NCBI GenBank assembly: GCA_963836075.1
Contig: CAWIIB010000001.1
Span: 1,120,001-1,184,000, forward strand
Direction of reading: 5' to 3'
Source of the DNA: an uncultured Acidobacteriota bacterium
Lineage (GTDB): Bacteria; Acidobacteriota; JAQAZP01
DNA length: 64,000 bases
Shown here piece by piece: positions 11,722-22,746 of this stretch. Numbering within the stretch: the first letter of the stretch is position 1; each line of letters starts with the position of its first letter. A program made the translations under genes and the position numbers. The notes beneath the pieces were generated by a model. That model was not told where the DNA came from. It made no database searches and was given only the letters and a program-made list of their open reading frames with translations.

Positions 11722-11751
11722 CGGCAAAACGCAGCGCTGACCGGCAACACC

Positions 11752-11784
11752 AGCCCCATCCCCTGACCGGGGGTGGGGCTTTTT
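11752..11784 (+). terminator. Rho-independent terminator
   Basis: AGCCCCATCCCC-TGACC-GGGGGTGGGGCT-TTTT between convergent genes. Confidence 0.8.
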
Positions 11785-11812
11785 GATGTACTGAACGAGA
11801 GGAGATCCGGTG

Positions 11813-13099
11813 TCAGACTGTGGCACCGAAGTAGAAGGAGAAGATTGCCAGGTCTTCACCATCGATGACGCCGTTGCGGTCGAAGTCGGCGGATCCGAGG
11901 TAGCGGAGATCGCCCTCTCCCGCACCGAAGGCGGCACCGATCATTGAGAGGTCGATGCCGTCCACCCGGCCCGAGCCGTCCAGGTCGCAGACCGCGGCGT
12001 AGCTGGCGTAGTGGTAGCCCATGTCCGGCGCACCCACGTCGGGCCCGCCGTCGGTACGGGTGGTGCCTCCCGGGGAGGATGTGCCCGGGTCGCCGGTGTC
12101 GAGACAGGGGCTGTCCGCCGCCTGCCCGGCCGCCACCTGGCTCAGGTAGTAGTTGCCCTCAGGCCCAGCGGCAAAGAGCGGGTCGGCGTCGATGCAGCCG
12201 GCGCCGGGAGGATCTTCATGGGCGAGGTCGCAGTATCTGATCACGGGGCTGCCGTACTCGTCGTAGACCGATGGGCCGGGATTCCAGATGATGCAGTTGA
12301 TCAACCGCGGGGAGCAGTCCGAACCGACATAGACATGGCCGTAAAACTCATAACTGTGACGGTTTCCCGCAATCGTATTATTGATCATCAGTGGGGAAGA
12401 GCCATCCCACATGGAGATTGTGGAACCGTAGAGACACTCGTTGTCATAGAGCAGATTGTTGATGATGGTGGGTGATGACCCGCGCCGCATCCGAAAACCC
12501 ACATCGCCGTCCCTGGACACTCCCATGCCGGTGATCACGTTGTCGATGATCAGCGGTGACGAGCCGAGGTTGGAGAAAATCGCGCTGATATTTGGTCCGC
12601 CGCAATTCCGGATCAAATTGCACTCGATCACCGGGGATGCTTCGTCGCCGCAGTAGATTACGGCGGAAGCGTAGGTCGAACTCTCCTCCATGATGCAGTG
12701 CCGGATCGTGGGTGAGGTGGAGATGCAGGTTATGGCTGTCCCGATGGTCCACTCATTCGATTCTCCGTCATGGATGGTTACGCCCTCCAGCACCGAAAGC
12801 TGCCCCTCGCCGCTCTGGAAGATGAACCCGAACCCCTCCCTTTGGCAGTCGATGATGCAATGCTCGGCCCCGTTCTCCGATCTCACCGTAATCGCCTTGC
12901 CCTTGAAGTCGAGGTCGCGGTTGTCCGGCCCGATATAGGTGCCGGATGCGATGACCACCGTGTCACCCGGCTGGGCCGCATCGATGCCGTCCTGGATCGT
13001 GGGCTGGTGGGCAGGAACGTGAATCTCGGCAGCAGGAGATATGGTGAGGGAGATGAGGATGAGAACGAATATAAATGCGGAAACAGATCTTATGGCCAT
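11813..13099 (-). CDS. Secreted beta-helix protein with C-terminal dockerin-like/EF-hand module
   Basis: Signal peptide, TIQDGIDAA...GKAITVRSE, repeated SSPxIxNN coils, ADPLF, and duplicated DLDGSGRVDGIDL...ADFDRNGVIDGEDL calcium loops. Confidence 0.85.
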   Translation of the reverse strand: MAIRSVSAFIFVLILISLTISPAAEIHVPAHQPTIQDGIDAAQPGDTVVIASGTYIGPDNRDLDFKGKAITVRSENGAEHCIIDCQREGFGFIFQSGEGQLSVLEGVTIHDGESNEWTIGTAITCISTSPTIRHCIMEESSTYASAVIYCGDEASPVIECNLIRNCGGPNISAIFSNLGSSPLIIDNVITGMGVSRDGDVGFRMRRGSSPTIINNLLYDNECLYGSTISMWDGSSPLMINNTIAGNRHSYEFYGHVYVGSDCSPRLINCIIWNPGPSVYDEYGSPVIRYCDLAHEDPPGAGCIDADPLFAAGPEGNYYLSQVAAGQAADSPCLDTGDPGTSSPGGTTRTDGGPDVGAPDMGYHYASYAAVCDLDGSGRVDGIDLSMIGAAFGAGEGDLRYLGSADFDRNGVIDGEDLAIFSFYFGATV

Positions 13100-13144
13100 G
13101 GTTTCGATCTCGATGTTGTAAGTCTGGGCGTCGTTTCAATGCCC

Positions 13145-14425
13145 TCAAATGGTGGCGCCGAAGTAGAAGGAAAAGATCACCAGGTCATCACCGTCAATCA
13201 CGCCGCTGCGGTCGAAATCGGCTGAAGCGTTGTACCGGGGCTCGCCCTCGGACGCGCCGAAAGCCGAACCGATGATGGAAAGGTCGATGCCGTCCACCCG
13301 GCCCGACCCGTCCAGGTCGCAGACCGAGGCGTAGCTCGAGTAGTGGTAGCCCATGTCGGGGTGGCCGACGTCAGGGCCATCATCCGTGCGTGTCGTGCCA
13401 CCCGGCGATGACGTCCCCGGGTCGCCGGCGTCGATACAGGGGCTGTCCGCGTCCTGCCCGGCGGCCGTCTGCCTGAGGTAGTAATCGCCCAGCGGGCCGG
13501 AAACGAAGAGCGGGTCGGCCTTGATGCAGCCGGGGCCTGGTGGGTCGACCCACTCAATATCGCAGTAGCGAATGACCGGGCTGCCGCCATACTGATAACC
13601 AATCGCATTGCTGTTCCAGATGATGCAGTTGACGAGCTCGGGAGAGCAACCGTCGTAGATCTCGACAGCGTAGGACGGACCGTAGCATTCATTGTCCACG
13701 ATGGTATTGTTGATGAGGAGTGGAGACGAGTCGTAGACCATGCCGATGACTGAGCCTTCGACGAATGTATTCCCGAAGAACAGGTTGTTGATTACCGTGG
13801 GCGACGACCCCTTCCAGGCCCAGAGTCCTACAGCACCATCCCGGCAGTAAATACCGGTGACCTGGTTTTCCGTAACCAGCGGTGAGGATCCATTCTCACA
13901 GTAGAAGGCGCTGGTCTGAAGCCCCATGCAGTCCCTGACGATGTTATGCTTGATGATTGGAGATGCACCATTACCGCAATAAATCACGCCCTTGTTATAG
14001 CTGCTGCAGTTCTGGAGGACATTGTCGCGAATACTCGGAGACGACCCGAGGCAGATGATGCCGTCCCCGGAACCCCAGGACCGGTCGTGCCCATCATTAA
14101 TGGTGACGCCCTCGAGAACCGAACCCTGCCCCTCGCCCTCCTGGAAGATGAAACCAAACCCCTCCCCCTGGCAATCGATGATGCAGGTTTCAGCACCGCT
14201 CTCCGATCTCACCGTGATCGCCTTGCCCTTGAAGTCGATGTCGCGGTTGTCCGGTCCGATGTAGGTCCCTGGGGACAGGATCACCGTATCTCCGGGTTGC
14301 GCAGCATCGATTCCTTCCTGAATGGTGGGCTGGTCGGCGGGTACCCGTATTTCAGCTGCCGGTGCGGGCGTGGGTGAACAAAGGAGGAGGGCAAGCAGCA
14401 GCAGGATGGTGATCCTCACGGCCAT
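13145..14425 (-). CDS. Secreted beta-helix protein with C-terminal dockerin-like module (tandem paralogue)
   Basis: Same architecture and near-identical N- and C-termini to 11813..13099. ATG 14425 (MAVRIT) follows GGAG. Confidence 0.85.
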   Translation of the reverse strand: MAVRITILLLLALLLCSPTPAPAAEIRVPADQPTIQEGIDAAQPGDTVILSPGTYIGPDNRDIDFKGKAITVRSESGAETCIIDCQGEGFGFIFQEGEGQGSVLEGVTINDGHDRSWGSGDGIICLGSSPSIRDNVLQNCSSYNKGVIYCGNGASPIIKHNIVRDCMGLQTSAFYCENGSSPLVTENQVTGIYCRDGAVGLWAWKGSSPTVINNLFFGNTFVEGSVIGMVYDSSPLLINNTIVDNECYGPSYAVEIYDGCSPELVNCIIWNSNAIGYQYGGSPVIRYCDIEWVDPPGPGCIKADPLFVSGPLGDYYLRQTAAGQDADSPCIDAGDPGTSSPGGTTRTDDGPDVGHPDMGYHYSSYASVCDLDGSGRVDGIDLSIIGSAFGASEGEPRYNASADFDRSGVIDGDDLVIFSFYFGATI

Positions 14426-14550
14426 GGCTTCATACTCCATTTTATCAGTCAAGGGAATCAGGCCCCATGGACCCTGATGTTCATATCGTAAATATATATT
14501 GCCTGCACAGTATGGGCAAGTGAGAGGGAGAGGAAATATCCAATCGAGAA

Positions 14551-16374
14551 CTACCGCGCGGCCAGCTGCCGCAGCAGGGCCCGGAACTCGTCCCGGGAAC
14601 GGAAGAGCAGGGTGTGCGCCTCGCGGTCGCCGTGGCTCAGGGGCAGGGGCGGGATTTTCTGCTGCAACTTGGCGTTGAACATGGCGATCAGTTCCATCAC
14701 CTGGCGCTGGGTCATACCCGAGTCCACCCGGTAGCGGTTGCCGTCGAGCATGTCCAGGTCACCGGGCCACTTGGTGGAGTCGTGTTTGCGGCCCGGCAGG
14801 TCACCCTCCGGGTCACCGATGGTCACCCCGTATTCCTCGGGGGTGGTACCCACCTTGGAGCAGGAGTCGAGAGCGAACGGTTCAAGGGCGTAGAGGCAGT
14901 TCAACTCGATGATCTTCTCCTTGATCTCAAGGATAAAGGCCAGGGTCTCGAGCGCTTCATCGGCGGTTTCGGTGGGGAAACCCACCATGCAGAAGAGGTC
15001 CACCGCGATGCCGGCGTCGAGGCAGTTATGGGTCACCTGCCTGGTCACGTCCACCGTGGTTCCCTTGTCCATCCGTTCCAGCACCCGCTGGGAGGCCGAT
15101 TCCAGCCCGAACCAGATGGAGCGGCAACCCGACTCGACCAACTGGCTGCAGAATTCCGGGGTGAACGATTTGGTGTAGCGGGTGTAGCAGGTCCAGTTGA
15201 TCTCCAGGTTCCGGTCGATCAGCCCGCGGGAGATCTCACGCAGCGAACGCACCGGGATGGAGTTGTCCACCAGCACGATGTGCGAGGTGCCGTATTTCTC
15301 CTTGAGCGCCCGGATATCCTCCAGCACCACGTCCGGCTTACGGTAGCGGAACGACTCACCCAGCTTGAAATGGCTGCAAAAAGCGCAGCGGGCCCAGGGG
15401 CAGCCGCGGGAGGTCTCCAGCGGCAGCACCGGCAGCGGACTGAGATAACGGTCCAGGGGCATGCCGTCAAAATCGGGCAGGGGCAGGGCATTCAGGTCTT
15501 CGGCACCGGCCTTCGGATTTTCGACAATCATACCGGGGTCCGGCAGTTCGGATTGTGGCTGCTGCCAGTCACGGCGCCAGAAGAGGTTGGGCACATGCTC
15601 GAGGTTGCGGTCGCCGGCCATGGCCTGGGCCAGCCGCAGCAGCGCGGTCTCCCCCTCCCCCACCACGTAGCCGTCCACCCAGCGGTAGAGCAGGGCGTTC
15701 TCCAGCAGCTGACCGGTGAAGCGGTTGAAGGTGTTGCCACCCACCACCACCAGCGTCCTGGGCAGTTCCTCCTTGATCAGCCGGGCCAGGGTGAAGGCGC
15801 CGATGGACTGGTTCACCGAGGAGACCGAGAGGCCCACCACCGCGGGGTTCGCCGACTTCAGCCGGGGGACGCTCACCGCCCGGTAGTAGTCGAGGAACGG
15901 GTTCTCCTCCTCGTCCAGCGCCGCGGCGGCCATGGCTTTGGATGAACCGGATGGGTAGCGCATGCTGAAGGAGTAGAGCCCCATCTTGGTCCGGCCGTAC
16001 GCCGCAGAGGCCACCCGGACCGTCCGGTCTAGCACCGCGCGGGCGCCGTGAAAGCGCTGCAGGTGGAAAAACTGTTCGGGGTCCCGGATCACCCGGCAGG
16101 CTTCATCCACCCGCCCGGACAGTCCGGGCAACTCTTCCAGGGCCTGGATCGCCCGCTCCTCGCCCCGGGCCGCCCGTTGCTCGAGACGGGGACGGATCAC
16201 TCCCTCGAGATGCGGCCGGCTGAGCAGGAGATGGTAGTAATCGATGTTGTCGTCGCAGAGCAGGGTGGCAATGCCCTCGCTGCGCAGTTGAGCGGCCAGC
16301 GCCGGTAGTGCGAGATAGGGCTGCTTGGGGTCCCAGACCGGGGGGAAAACCAGAGCGACGTGCCAATCCTGCAT
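14551..16374 (-). CDS. B12-binding domain radical SAM protein
   Basis: N-terminal LVFPP...PYLALPAL and VVVGG, GEGE, ETSRGCPWARCAFC (Cx4Cx2C variant), FGLESAS, MVGFPTET. Confidence 0.9.
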   Translation of the reverse strand: MQDWHVALVFPPVWDPKQPYLALPALAAQLRSEGIATLLCDDNIDYYHLLLSRPHLEGVIRPRLEQRAARGEERAIQALEELPGLSGRVDEACRVIRDPEQFFHLQRFHGARAVLDRTVRVASAAYGRTKMGLYSFSMRYPSGSSKAMAAAALDEEENPFLDYYRAVSVPRLKSANPAVVGLSVSSVNQSIGAFTLARLIKEELPRTLVVVGGNTFNRFTGQLLENALLYRWVDGYVVGEGETALLRLAQAMAGDRNLEHVPNLFWRRDWQQPQSELPDPGMIVENPKAGAEDLNALPLPDFDGMPLDRYLSPLPVLPLETSRGCPWARCAFCSHFKLGESFRYRKPDVVLEDIRALKEKYGTSHIVLVDNSIPVRSLREISRGLIDRNLEINWTCYTRYTKSFTPEFCSQLVESGCRSIWFGLESASQRVLERMDKGTTVDVTRQVTHNCLDAGIAVDLFCMVGFPTETADEALETLAFILEIKEKIIELNCLYALEPFALDSCSKVGTTPEEYGVTIGDPEGDLPGRKHDSTKWPGDLDMLDGNRYRVDSGMTQRQVMELIAMFNAKLQQKIPPLPLSHGDREAHTLLFRSRDEFRALLRQLAAR

Positions 16375-16557
16375 GAACTTGCCCTTTCTCCAGTGAATCG
16401 GGCCGGCTCGTCCACGGCCGGCGACCCTTTCATTCTAACAGACCACCCGGCGGCTGGTCACCTCGCTCCACCGCGACCCGATTGCGTTTTGACATTTCGG
16501 GGCCATGGAACTACTGTTGTTGTTCAACGTAAACCACACAATCTGACAGGTGCCCTG

Positions 16558-19500
16558 ATGCGGAAAAGCGGTTTCTTTCTTTCGATACTCACAGTTCTTG
16601 CTCTCCTCCTTGCCGCTCCCGCGGCATCGGCAAGCGAGGCGATGATCCACCACCAGGTGACGGCCCGTCTGGACCCGGAAAACCACGGCATTGCGGCCTC
16701 TGACCTGGTCACCATCCCGGCCGGCCTGTTGGGCGTGGACCTGCACTTCCTGCTGGCCAGCGACCTTTCGGCATCTTCGGCCACTCCCGGTGTGAGCATC
16801 CTCCTCGAGGAGAGCGGTGTCAGTGCCGGCGACGTGGGCATGGACCGTGAGGAGTTCGACGATTCCTCGGTCATCGCCAGGAAACGGTACAGTGTGATTT
16901 TCGACACGCCGCCGGCCGGTGACACACAGTTCCAGGTCGACCTCGAGGGGACGATCAACTACCCCATCACGTCACCGGAGGAGGAATACTCCCGCGGGTT
17001 CAGCCAGACCCCGGGAATCATCGAAGCGCGCGGCGCCTTCCTCGGCGGGTCCACCTGGTGGGTGCCGGCATTCGAAGACCAGCTGTTCACCTTTGAACTG
17101 ACCACCGACCTGCCCGAAGGATGGGACTCGGTGAGCCAGGGCACGCGCACACGGCACGAGGCCGTGGATGGGCGGCGACTCACCACCTGGGACTGCCCCG
17201 ACCCCATGGAGGAGATCTACCTGGTGGCCGCCCCCTTCACCGAGTATGGCCTCGACGCCGGCAAGGTCAGGGTGATGGCCTTTTTGCGCACCCCGGACGA
17301 GAACCTGGCCAACAAGTATCTGGAAACCACGGCCCAGTATCTGGAGATGTATCGCCAGTTGATCGGGCCCTTCCCCTTCACCAAATTCGCCCTGGTGGAA
17401 AACTTCTGGCCCACCGGCTACGGCATGCCCTCCTTCACCCTGCTGGGCGAACAGATCATCCGCTTCCCCTTCATCCTCCACTCGTCCTATCCCCACGAGC
17501 TGCTGCACAACTGGTGGGGCAACAGTGTCTATGTCGACTTCACCAGCGGCAACTGGTGCGAAGGGCTCACCGCCTACCTCGCCGACCATTTGATCAAGGA
17601 GCAGCGCGGCCAGGGGGATGACTATCGGCGCTCCACCCTCCAGGGCTACACCGACTACGTGAACAGCGGCAACGACTTCCCGCTGAGCGAGTTCCTCTCC
17701 CGCCACGACGCCTCCTCCCAGGCGGTGGGTTACGGCAAATGCCTGATGCTCTGCGAGATGCTGCGCGAGAAGGTCGGCGATGAGGCTTTTGTTCAGGGGC
17801 TGCAAATCTTCTACCGCGACAACCGCTGGGAGCAGGCCTCCTTTGACGACCTGCGTCTGGCCTTTGAATCGGCATCCGGCCAGGAGCTGGGCGACTTCTT
17901 CAAGCAATGGGTTGAACGGCCCGGAGCTCCGTCGTTGCAATTGACCGGAGCCGCTGTGGCCAGGGAAGGTGACTCGTACCGGCTCTCCTTCACCATCGAA
18001 CAGACCCAGAACGATGCGCCCTTCCGGCTACAGGTGCCGGTGGCCGTATCCTTCGGCCACGGGATCGAGAAGCGGGTGGTGGACCTGGATGCCCCATCGG
18101 AGAGCGTCGATTTCCTCTTCGAAGATGAGCCGCTGCTGGTGCAGGTGGATCAGGCCTTTAACGTCTTCCGCACCCTGCACCACAACGAGATCCCTCCCTC
18201 GTTCTCCAAGATATTCGGCGCGGAGAAGACCCTGATCCTGCTACCTTCGGCCGCGGACGCCGAACAGCTGGCGCGGTATCGCCAGCTGGCCGAGGCCTGG
18301 TGCGGCGACGGGGAAGACAGTCCGGTGCTGCGGTTGGACAGCGAGGTGGGTGGTCTTCCCGCGGACCAGGCCGTCTGGATATTCGGCGAGGAGAACATCC
18401 ACAAACCTGTGGTCCTGGACGGCATAACGGCATATGACACCGACGTTGGAGACAAGGAAGTACCGCTTCGCCAAAACGGTGCTGTCCCGGGAGGACGTCA
18501 GCGTTGTCATCGCGGCGCGCCACCCGGAGAACCCCAACCTGGCCGTGGCCTGGCTGACCATCGGCAATGACCAGGCCGGCCCCGGTCTGTCCCGCAAGCT
18601 GCCGCACTACGGCAAGTACAGCTACCTGGCTTTCGAGGGAGCGGAACCGACCAACGTGGCCAAGGGCCAGTGGCCGGCGGTGAACTCGCCGCTCAGCGCC
18701 GTCCTGGTGCCCGAAGGCTCGGCCCTGCCGGAGGAAATGCCGACGAAGCTGCCGGCCCGTGAAGCGCTGGCCACGCTGGCCACGCTCTTTTCCGCCGAAC
18801 GGATGACCGCGGTCATCGAACAGCTGGCTGCGGATGAGATGGAGGGCCGCGGCCTGGGTTCGGAGGGGATCCGCAAGGCCGCCGGCATCATTGCCGCCGG
18901 CTTCGAAGAGGCCGGGCTGCAGCCTCTCGGCGATGACGGCTCATGGTTCCAGAGCTGGAACGACACCGTGAACAGGGACGGCGCTACGGGCCCCGTGAAA
19001 AACGTGCTCGGTGTGATCCCGGGATCGAACCCCGATTTCGAGGGCCAGTCGGTGGTGCTCTGCGCGCACTACGACCACCTGGGGCTGGGCTGGCCCGATG
19101 TCCACACCGGGGACGAAGGCAAACTGCACCCCGGCGCCGACGACAACGCCAGCGGCGTGGCGGTGATGCTGGAACTGGCCAAAATGCTGGGCCGGAGCCT
19201 CAAGCCGTCCCGCGCAGTGATCTTCGCCGCCTTCACCGGTGAGGAGAGCGGCCTGAAAGGCTCACAGCACTTCGTGAAGACCGTGAAGCGCTACCCCGCG
19301 TCAAAGATCATCGGCGCAATCAACCTCGACACCGTGGGGCGCCTGGGGGACAGGAAACTGCTGGTGCTGAACAGCAACAGTGCCTCGGAGTGGAAGCACA
19401 TCTTCATGGGCTGCGGCTATGTCACCGGCGTTGAAGCGGAGATGGTGACCCAGGATCTCGACGCCAGCGACCAGAAGAGTTTTATCGACGCCGGCATCCC

Positions 19501-19966
19501 GGCGGTACAGATCTTCTCCGGTCCACACGATGACTACCACCGCCCCACCGACACCGCGGACAAGATCGACGGCGACGGTCTGGTCAAGGTGGCCTCATTC
19601 GTCAAGGAAGCCCTGCTCTACCTGGCCGAGCGGGAAGAGCCCATGTCCTTTGCCGGCAAAAAGCAGGAAGCCACCGCCGGTCTGGCACAACCCACGGGAA
19701 GCCGGCGGGCCAGCACCGGCAGCATGCCCGACTTCGCCTTCTCCGGCGAGGGGGTGCGTATCGGCGCGGTCTCCCCCGGTTCACCGGCGGAAGACGCAGG
19801 CCTGCTGACAGGAGACATCATCGTCCGCCTGGGCGATCAGGCGATCGCCAACCTGAAGGAATATTCCGACGCACTGAAGACCCACCAGCCCGGCGACACG
19901 GTGGACCTGGTCTACCTACGCGACGGGGCGGAACAGACGGTGTCTATCACGCTTGCTGAGCGCTAG
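16558..19966 (+). CDS. Secreted M1 aminopeptidase - M28 peptidase - PDZ fusion (frameshifted near 18463)
   Basis: M1: GYGMP and HELLH-x18-E (WCEG). M28: AHYDHLG, GADDNASG, FTGEE, NLD, DYH. C-terminal PDZ (SPAEDAGLLTGDII). The frames of 16360.. and 18434.. join by removing one base. Confidence 0.85.
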
Positions 19967-20047
19967 TCTGCCGGGGACTCTGCCGGGGACGTACATGAAT
20001 TTATGAATTTTTGCAGCCAAAAATTCATAAATTCATGTACGTCCCCG
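19967..20047. repeat. Perfect 30-bp inverted repeat (REP-like) preceded by a 12-bp tandem duplication
   Basis: CGGGGACGTACATGAATTTATGAATTTTTG-CAGC-CAAAAATTCATAAATTCATGTACGTCCCCG (19984-20047); TCTGCCGGGGAC x2 at 19967-19990. Confidence 0.9.
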
Positions 20048-20082
20048 ATCTACCCTAAAAAAAGGCGTCGATCAGCCCTGGC

Positions 20083-22702
20083 TCAGGGAGCCGAAGCGGT
20101 GACCGTGGTTACGTCGCTGTCCGTGTCGCCCGAGGGCAGGAACGGCGGCTGGTTATACGGCGCCGGGGTCACATCCTCACCCACCAGCGTAAAAACGTTG
20201 TCGCCCACCACGGTTCCCAGCATCGGGAAATTCTGGTTCCAGGATTTGGTGAACACTTCGGCCGGGCTGAGGTTGGTCCAGCCGGCACGCCAGTTCACAT
20301 ACGACGTCCCGTTGGCCAGCACCACGTTGATCCGGCCGGCCGCCCGGCGGTTCTCGTCGGTCAGGTTGCTCAACTGGGCGGTGAACTGTGTGACAAAGGG
20401 CAGTGTGCCGGCCGCGGGGCTGGCGTCGAGAGCCACGCCCACCGTGTCGGTGACGGTACCACTGCACTCGAACGCGCTCAGCGTCACGTCGTCGATATTC
20501 CAGCCGCAGAACTGCCACGAGGAATCGGTGCTGCCCATGGTCCAGCGCAGGTAGACCGTGGGCTGGTTGTCGGCAATGGCCGAGATGTCGTAGACCTCCT
20601 CGACCCAGGAACTGTCGCTCACTTCACCGCCGTTCTGCCAGATGGTGGTCCAGGAGGTCCCGTTGGTGCTCACCCTCAGGTAGGCGTGGTCGTAGGTCGA
20701 GGTCTCCACACCGAGCCAGCGCCAGAAGGAGAGGGTCACCCCGGTCTTCCCGGTGCAGTCGATGGCCGTGGAGGTGAGGTGCGTTTCACCGAGGCCGTTC
20801 TCGTAGTCGCCGTTCAGGTTGTAGCCGTAAACGTTCACCCCGGTGTGGCCGCTGGTGGGATCGGGGTTGCCGTATGCGCCGCCGCCGCCGGTGGGCTGGC
20901 CCCAGGCCCAGAGGCCCGCGGTGGTCCAGCCGGGATTGCTGTCCATGGTCTCGCTGTAGAAGACCGCGGTTTCACCCACCACGGCGGAGTAGTAGCCGGT
21001 GGGGGCGTTGTAGGGATCGGTGACCACGCCGCTCTGGTCCCCCTCGGCGCTGAAGTAGAACTCGGGGGTGTCGTCGCAGCCGGCCGCGGGCAGGGTGGCC
21101 TGGTAGAGGTCACCGCCCAGGGGCAGCAACGACTGGGTCTGGAACAGACCGCCGCTGTAACGGTAGTGCATGGTGGCGGAGCCGGGGACATAGTTCTCGA
21201 TGCCGGGGCTGACCCGCACGGTGACCGTCGTGGGCACGCCCGGGGTCAGCGATGCGGGTGCGCCGCCGGGGACCGAGACGGCAAGGGTGCGGGTGATGTG
21301 GGCGTAGTAGACGTCCTGCTCGCCGTTGTAGGTGCCGGAAAAGGCGAGGTGGGCCCCGGTGTTGTCCGAAACCATGTGGAAGTAGTCGCCCATCTTGTTC
21401 TGCTGGGGCCAGCCCACATGGGGGTCGAAGGACGTGGTGAGCGCCTCGTTGGGCGACCAGGTCGCGCCGGCGTCCTCGGAGTAGGAATAGTAGAGGGCCG
21501 AGTCATAGCCGCCGGGGTCGTCGCGGGTGTCGAGCCAAACCGCGTCGATCCGGCCGTTGGGGGCCACCGACATGGTGCCGAACCACTGGTAGGCGCTGGT
21601 GCCCGCATCGTCGTTGACCCGCACCGGAGCGCTCCAGCTGCTGCCGCCGTTGGTGCTGCGGGCGAACATCACGTCGCAGGGGTCGGGGGTGGAGGAGCGG
21701 TCCACCGAGCAGAGCAGGTAGACGTTGCCGTCGGTGGGGCCGCCGGAGCGGTCCACGGCGATCCAGGCCTGGCCGCAGCAGGCCGCCCGGGTTGGGACCG
21801 CCGGAGTAGAGGATGCTGCCGTCGAGGCTCACCGAGGTGGAGACGTCCCAGGTGATGGTGGAACCGGGGTTCTTGGCGTTGCTCGACCGGGCGACCACGA
21901 AACCGTCGCCGCAGACGTAGAGCTCGCCGTTCGGGCCCACGGCCAGGGTGCCCCAGTTGGACATTCCGCTCACGTTGATGCAGCTCTCGTAGCTGCTGCC
22001 GCCGTTGGTGGAGCGGGTGAAGAACCCGGGGTAGCAGGTGCTGTACCACTGGGTCCAGTAGGCGTAAATGTTGCCGTCGCCCACCCCGCCGGTCTGGTCG
22101 ATGGCCATCCACTGCTTGTCCCCGCCGTAGGCGTAGGTGCCGGCATCCCAGGTCGCGCCGCCGTCGGTCGACTTGAACACGTGGCACCAGAAATCGGACT
22201 GGAACTCGTCGGTGGTCAGGCTGTTGTAATAGAAGGTGCCCGCGGAATCGGAGTCCAGGACCGGATCGGAGCGGAACACCCCGGCCTCGATCTTGCCCGG
22301 GAAGGTCCAGGTGACGCCGCCGTCGGTGGTGTAGCCGTAGCCGGCCTGGCGGAAATCGCTGCTCACGGTGTCGAACTGCCGCCAGCCGATGCACATCTTG
22401 TTCGGGTCGGTGGGATCGACGGCGATGGAGGGCTCGTTGCCCGCGTCACCGAGGATATTCTGGCCGCTGCCGTTGACGTTGACCTGGGACATGAAGAACC
22501 CGCGGGAAGCGCTGTGGTAGGCCGGGCTGGTCTGCTGTACACCCTCCGGCTGGACCGGCTGCCGGTCGCCCATCGTCTCCAACGGGCCTACGGCAGCGGC
22601 CGTATCTACCTTCTTCTGCTGAATCACATCATCGGACCAGACGGCCGGGGTGACAACCAGGGCGGTCAGTAACACCGACAGGATCAACCAACGCTTGGAC
22701 AT
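20083..22702 (-). CDS. Secreted BNR/Asp-box (sialidase-like) beta-propeller protein + adhesin-like beta-sandwich + PYNQPP domain (frameshifted near 21775)
   Basis: Asp-boxes TTDGGVTW, STDGGATW, STNGGSSY/W, SEDAGATW; NEPSIAVDP; DKQWMAID; GDY. Removing one base restores GGLLGQAWIAVDRS. Confidence 0.85.
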
Positions 22703-22746
22703 CCTTCAACCTCCAGTACTACAGGGTTGCTACAGGGGAACCACTC

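Noticed and set aside
11813-14425. Diversity-generating retroelement explanation for the near-identical 3' ends
   Set aside because: Both repeats are within full paralogous genes, differences are not visibly adenine-specific, and no reverse transcriptase is present in the window.
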